Origin: Geosiphon pyriformis uo1
Lineage: Eukaryota > Fungi > Glomeromycota
DNA length: 64,000 nucleotides
Assembly: GCA_016748015.1 (NCBI GenBank)
Contig: JAAOMT010000176.1
Location: forward strand, 358,434 to 422,433
Direction: 5' to 3'
A program made the position numbers and the translations under genes. Shown one piece after another: positions 62,283 to 64,000 of this stretch. Position 1 is the stretch's first letter. Every line of letters begins with the position of its first letter. Below the pieces are notes generated by a model, which was not told the DNA's origin, did no database searches, and was given only the letters and a program-made list of their open reading frames with translations.

Positions 62283-64000
62283 ATGTTACCAGAGGTTTTT
62301 GGTCTCTTTTCTTGAATGTTGTAACTGTCTGTTGATTGCAAATTCACGTTTTCTAGAAGTAGTTGAACCTCCAATAATTGAATTTATCTTCAAATTATCT
62401 CCTATAATTTGAACTACTGGGCTTATAAGTGGAATGGCCAATTCTGTATTAGTTGCTTTGTGTAGTTACATTGTAGTGAATGTTAACTCTTTTCCAGGAA
62501 TTGCTCATCTGGAAGCTCACTAAAAATGTGTAGTTACTTTGCTGTGAAAGTCAATTCTTCTACAGAAATCTTGTCTGTAGGCTACCCTAATGATGGTAAT
62601 AAGAAAATAAAAGAAAGAAAATAAAAGAAATGTAAAAGAAATAGAATTCTGTCAGGAGAAACGTTTTCTATCCAGGCCTGGAGTCACTAACAGTTTAATG
62701 AAATTGGTAGCTAATCAATTTCAAAATGTTAGTTGGGTTTTGGGGATTTTCCAAGTGCAATAATTAAAGAATTTGGTTTTTTAATTTATTTAATATTTAT
62801 TTCTTTTTGTGTGTGTAGGAATGGTTCTAAGTAATAAATCTAAAGTAAGATATATTTTCTCGAAAAAAGAAGCTCTTCTTTTATACAACTTGTTGTAACA
62901 CTATTCTATGAACTTGAACTTTGCTCTTTTCTATAATTTCGCTGAACTAAAAATACATTTCAGTGAATTATAAGTTATTTCTGCAAACTATTAGATATTT
63001 TGGTAAACTATTAATTATTTCGGCAAATTTCTACAAATTTTGGCAAACTTTTGAATGTTACATATTTTGGGGTATTGTATGATTGATCATTGCACTTAGG
63101 TTACATTTGTGTTATGTACAAATTGGGTTATTAATTAAATGATAATTTCGAACATTTTGCTAATGTAATAAGTGATAATTTGAAATGATAATATATGCTA
63201 ATTAATGATAAGATTTATAAGGGTAATTTCATGCTAAACAATATTTCTAATTTCGTCTAATAACACCAGAAAAAAATGCCATCAAATTGGAACCACATTT
63301 GTGCACTTACATTGATCTGAAAATAGCACTAGAAATTTTAGCAACAACAATGATTCAACTAGCCTTTAGGAGTAGTTTAGCAAAAAAGGGTAACAACATC
63401 AGAGGAAGAATAATTGACACAGGTTATGTAGGAAATATTATTGCAATGCTATAAAATGATTCAGAAAAGGCCTATATTATAAAGTCAAATGAAAAGATAG
63501 CACAGGCAATATTCCTGCCTCTGGTGAAAATAGCTTAATTAGTATTAGTGGGAAACAGAAAAAAATTAAGAATTACAGCAAGAGAGATACAAAGATTTGG
63601 ATCCACAGGTAGAATAGATATACTAGTCAATATGACAGAAAAAGAGGTTATTGGCAAGGGAAAAATTATCTCCACCCATCAATCAATTTCTATCCCACCA
63701 TATGACCAGTATATGTTAGTCATAAAAAGAGAAGTAAAGAATCAAGCTCAGTTGTTTGAAGCAGAAGTCACTATTTGCAAATCAGGAAAAATTGAATTCA
63801 CTAATCTTTACATACCAGCCAAAAGCCCCAAAAACATTAAAATTCCAATCTACAACACAACTGGAAATGTTATCAAAATACCAAAAGGAACCATTATTGG
63901 ATACTTAACCATTGAAGTTGAGGATCAACCACCAAACTACATTCCAGATTTTCTATAGCTTTGTGAATATGTAGATATTACATCACAAACCATTTATGGA

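Larger units (their letters stand above)
53410..63265 (-). mobile_element. Complete Ty3/Gypsy element E with dUTPase, inserted in the dUTPase of F
   Basis: 982-bp LTRs at 53410-54391 and 62284-63265 (family 3), TSD CCAG, PBS TGGTGTTCTTCCACAGA at 62281-62265, PPT GAGGAGAAGG at ~54395-54404. Confidence 0.95.
47633..64000 (+). mobile_element. Gypsy element F (5' LTR 47633-48495, PBS 48498, gag, protease, Cys-rich domain, dUTPase), hosts two insertions and runs off the right edge
   Basis: CCHC CHNCGKQDHIRANC at ~51100; LILDSGSAG at ~51800; dUTPase split at FDLKYP (53409) and resuming EKNAIKLEPH...RSSLAKK...FGSTG after 63265. Confidence 0.9.

Overview
Eukaryotic, very AT-rich, transposon-dominated window. 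Intron style and element content suggest an early-diverging fungus such as Glomeromycotina/Mucoromycota; this is inference. Only two host genes are present, both multi-exon on the minus strand in a CpG-retaining island at 35.8-40.8 kb: AP-2 adaptor mu subunit and a PITAIRE Bur1/Sgv1/Cdk9-like kinase. The rest is nested retroelements. (i) Ty3/Gypsy LTR elements of at least three LTR families: two complete (16008-26911 +, 53410-63265 -), three partial, and six solo LTRs, with 4-bp TSDs. (ii) One young full-length LINE with APE, RT, RNase H and CCHC domains (27703-34645, with an N gap) plus two decayed relatives. (iii) Three copies of an ORF1-only, poly(A)-tailed element. Four observations stand out. 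First, both complete Gypsy elements share a three-ORF layout: gag-protease-Cys-rich domain-dUTPase-RT-RNase H ending in a stop, a separately initiated integrase ORF in the +1 frame, and a conserved unknown ORF3 just before the PPT. Second, the ORF1-only element shares a covarying 3' stem-loop with the autonomous LINE, suggesting a HAL1-like non-autonomous partner. Third, covarying hairpins are shared by different LTR families, and one LTR family carries alternative U3 repeat cassettes. Fourth, repeats show pervasive C>T/G>A decay. All coordinates were read by eye and no database searches were run.
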